Positions 62,943 to 64,000 of a stretch of DNA of 64,000 nt are shown here, piece by piece. The notes under the pieces are model-generated. The model worked only from the letters and a program-made list of their open reading frames with translations. It made no database searches and was not told the origin of the DNA. A program made the position numbers and the translations under genes. This DNA is from an uncultured Gemmatimonadales bacterium (GTDB taxonomy: Bacteria > Gemmatimonadota > Gemmatimonadetes > Gemmatimonadales > GWC2-71-9), in assembly GCA_963730185.1 (NCBI GenBank), contig CAVSQW010000006.1:480001-544000 (forward strand), in the 5' to 3' direction. The first letter of the stretch is position 1, and the number at the start of each line of letters is the position of its first letter.

Positions 62943-64000
62943 TCAGTAGTTCCAGACCGCCGGATCGTCCCCGGCGGGCGCGTGCTCCCTCACGTACACC
63001 CCCATCCGACGCACCATCTCGGCCCAGGGGAACAGGTGCGAGCCGTGACCGCGCTTGGGGCGGCCGTAGGCGAAGGTCGCCGGGTAGTCGGGATCGACCG
63101 ACCGGAGCCACTCCTCCCACTCGTAGACGGCGAGGTTGAGGTAGAAGTCATCCATGTCGCCCGCGAAGAAGTGGAGCTTGTCGCGGAGCTCGGGGCCGAG
63201 GGTTCGCCAGTGATCCGCGGCGTAAGCCCGGAGGTCGTAGCCGTGTTCCTTCCAGTAGGTGGCGACCTCTCGATCGATCGTGCCGGTGAGCTTGTTCCAG
63301 AGTGGCTGGGGATAGCCGTCGGGGTCGGTCGGGCCATAGATCGCGTCCCAGGCCTCGAGCTGATAGCCCGACCGGCCCCTCGTGCCCAGGACCTCCTCGA
63401 ATCGGCTGAGCTGGCGGGTGGTCCACACCACCTGGCCCTCGACGGTCCGCCGGAAGGGGCGCTCCAGCGAGACGAACAGGCCGGCCGGCAGCGTGAAGGC
63501 GCTGGTGTCCTGGTAAATGTCGATCAGCTGGTCCTTCCGGAAGTCGATCGGATCGGGCTGCAACACCCAGGCGCCGCCGAAGACGTCGGGATGGCGGAGC
63601 TGGAGCGCCAGCGTCTGCCAGCCACCGGTCGACGCGCCTTCGAGGAGCCGGGCGTAGGGCTTCCCGATCAGCCGAAACCGGCGCTCCAGCTCGGGGATGA
63701 CCTCCTCGACCATCGCGTCGCCGTAGGGACCGTTGTTGGCGGAGTTGACCGAGTAGGAGTCCGGGAAGTATGGGGTCTGCTGCTGGAAGCTGACGGCCAC
63801 GACCCGCGGCAACGAGTCGGAGGTCCAGGCCCGATAGAAGTCGTAACCCGTTTCCAGACCGCTCGCCGGATTGATCCGGCCCAGCCCCCGCACGCCGGCC
63901 GAGTCGGGGGAGAACCCGAACGGGACGTTGTGGCCCGATCGTGAAGACGACGGGATAGCGGGCGTCGGGATGGTCGGCGTAACCCTTGGGCAGCAGGACG
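62943..64000 (-). CDS. Alpha/beta hydrolase (putative esterase family), C-terminal part; apparent frameshift near 63935
   Basis: DSYSVNSANNGPYGDA, GASTGG nucleophile elbow, GDMDDFYL and GH; upstream LPKGYADHPDARYP in another frame; runs off the window edge. Confidence 0.82.
   Translation of the reverse strand, partial: SCCPRVTPTIPTPAIPSSSRSGHNVPFGFSPDSAGVRGLGRINPASGLETGYDFYRAWTSDSLPRVVAVSFQQQTPYFPDSYSVNSANNGPYGDAMVEEVIPELERRFRLIGKPYARLLEGASTGGWQTLALQLRHPDVFGGAWVLQPDPIDFRKDQLIDIYQDTSAFTLPAGLFVSLERPFRRTVEGQVVWTTRQLSRFEEVLGTRGRSGYQLEAWDAIYGPTDPDGYPQPLWNKLTGTIDREVATYWKEHGYDLRAYAADHWRTLGPELRDKLHFFAGDMDDFYLNLAVYEWEEWLRSVDPDYPATFAYGRPKRGHGSHLFPWAEMVRRMGVYVREHAPAGDDPAVWNY

Overview
A 64 kb GC-rich bacterial chromosomal segment. 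The gene repertoire (orphan duplicated ABC permeases with PadR partners, BlaI/M56 module, Ig-like plus leishmanolysin-type peptidase, carboxypeptidase-regulatory-domain proteins, DUF4384, tricorn protease, PD40-propeller amidohydrolases) suggests Gemmatimonadota; this is an inference from gene content, not a marker-gene call. About 40 CDS are supported, including ispH, lctP, an ATP-dependent DNA ligase, an IorAB-like molybdoenzyme, a TolC-MFP-two-RND operon and a tandem triplet of secreted propeller-amidohydrolases. No rRNA, tRNA, CRISPR array, transposase or prophage gene was seen. At least ten genes carry single-base frameshifts, which look more like long-read assembly errors than real decay. 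The best candidate for an undescribed system is at 5.14-6.42 kb: a sigma70-type promoter with an SOS-box-like direct repeat precedes a 56-aa six-cysteine protein that is missing from the ORF track and resembles the C-terminal Zn/redox tail of class II ribonucleotide reductases. It overlaps the likely start of a SplB/Rv2578c-like radical SAM gene. Other points of interest: an RND pair whose second subunit lacks the proton-relay residues, a PAS+Fis regulator without an AAA+ domain that has a palindrome in its own promoter, a BlaI-controlled M56-ExbD remnant with intact operators, an RBS-sequestering hairpin, and a dispersed G-rich heptamer repeat family.
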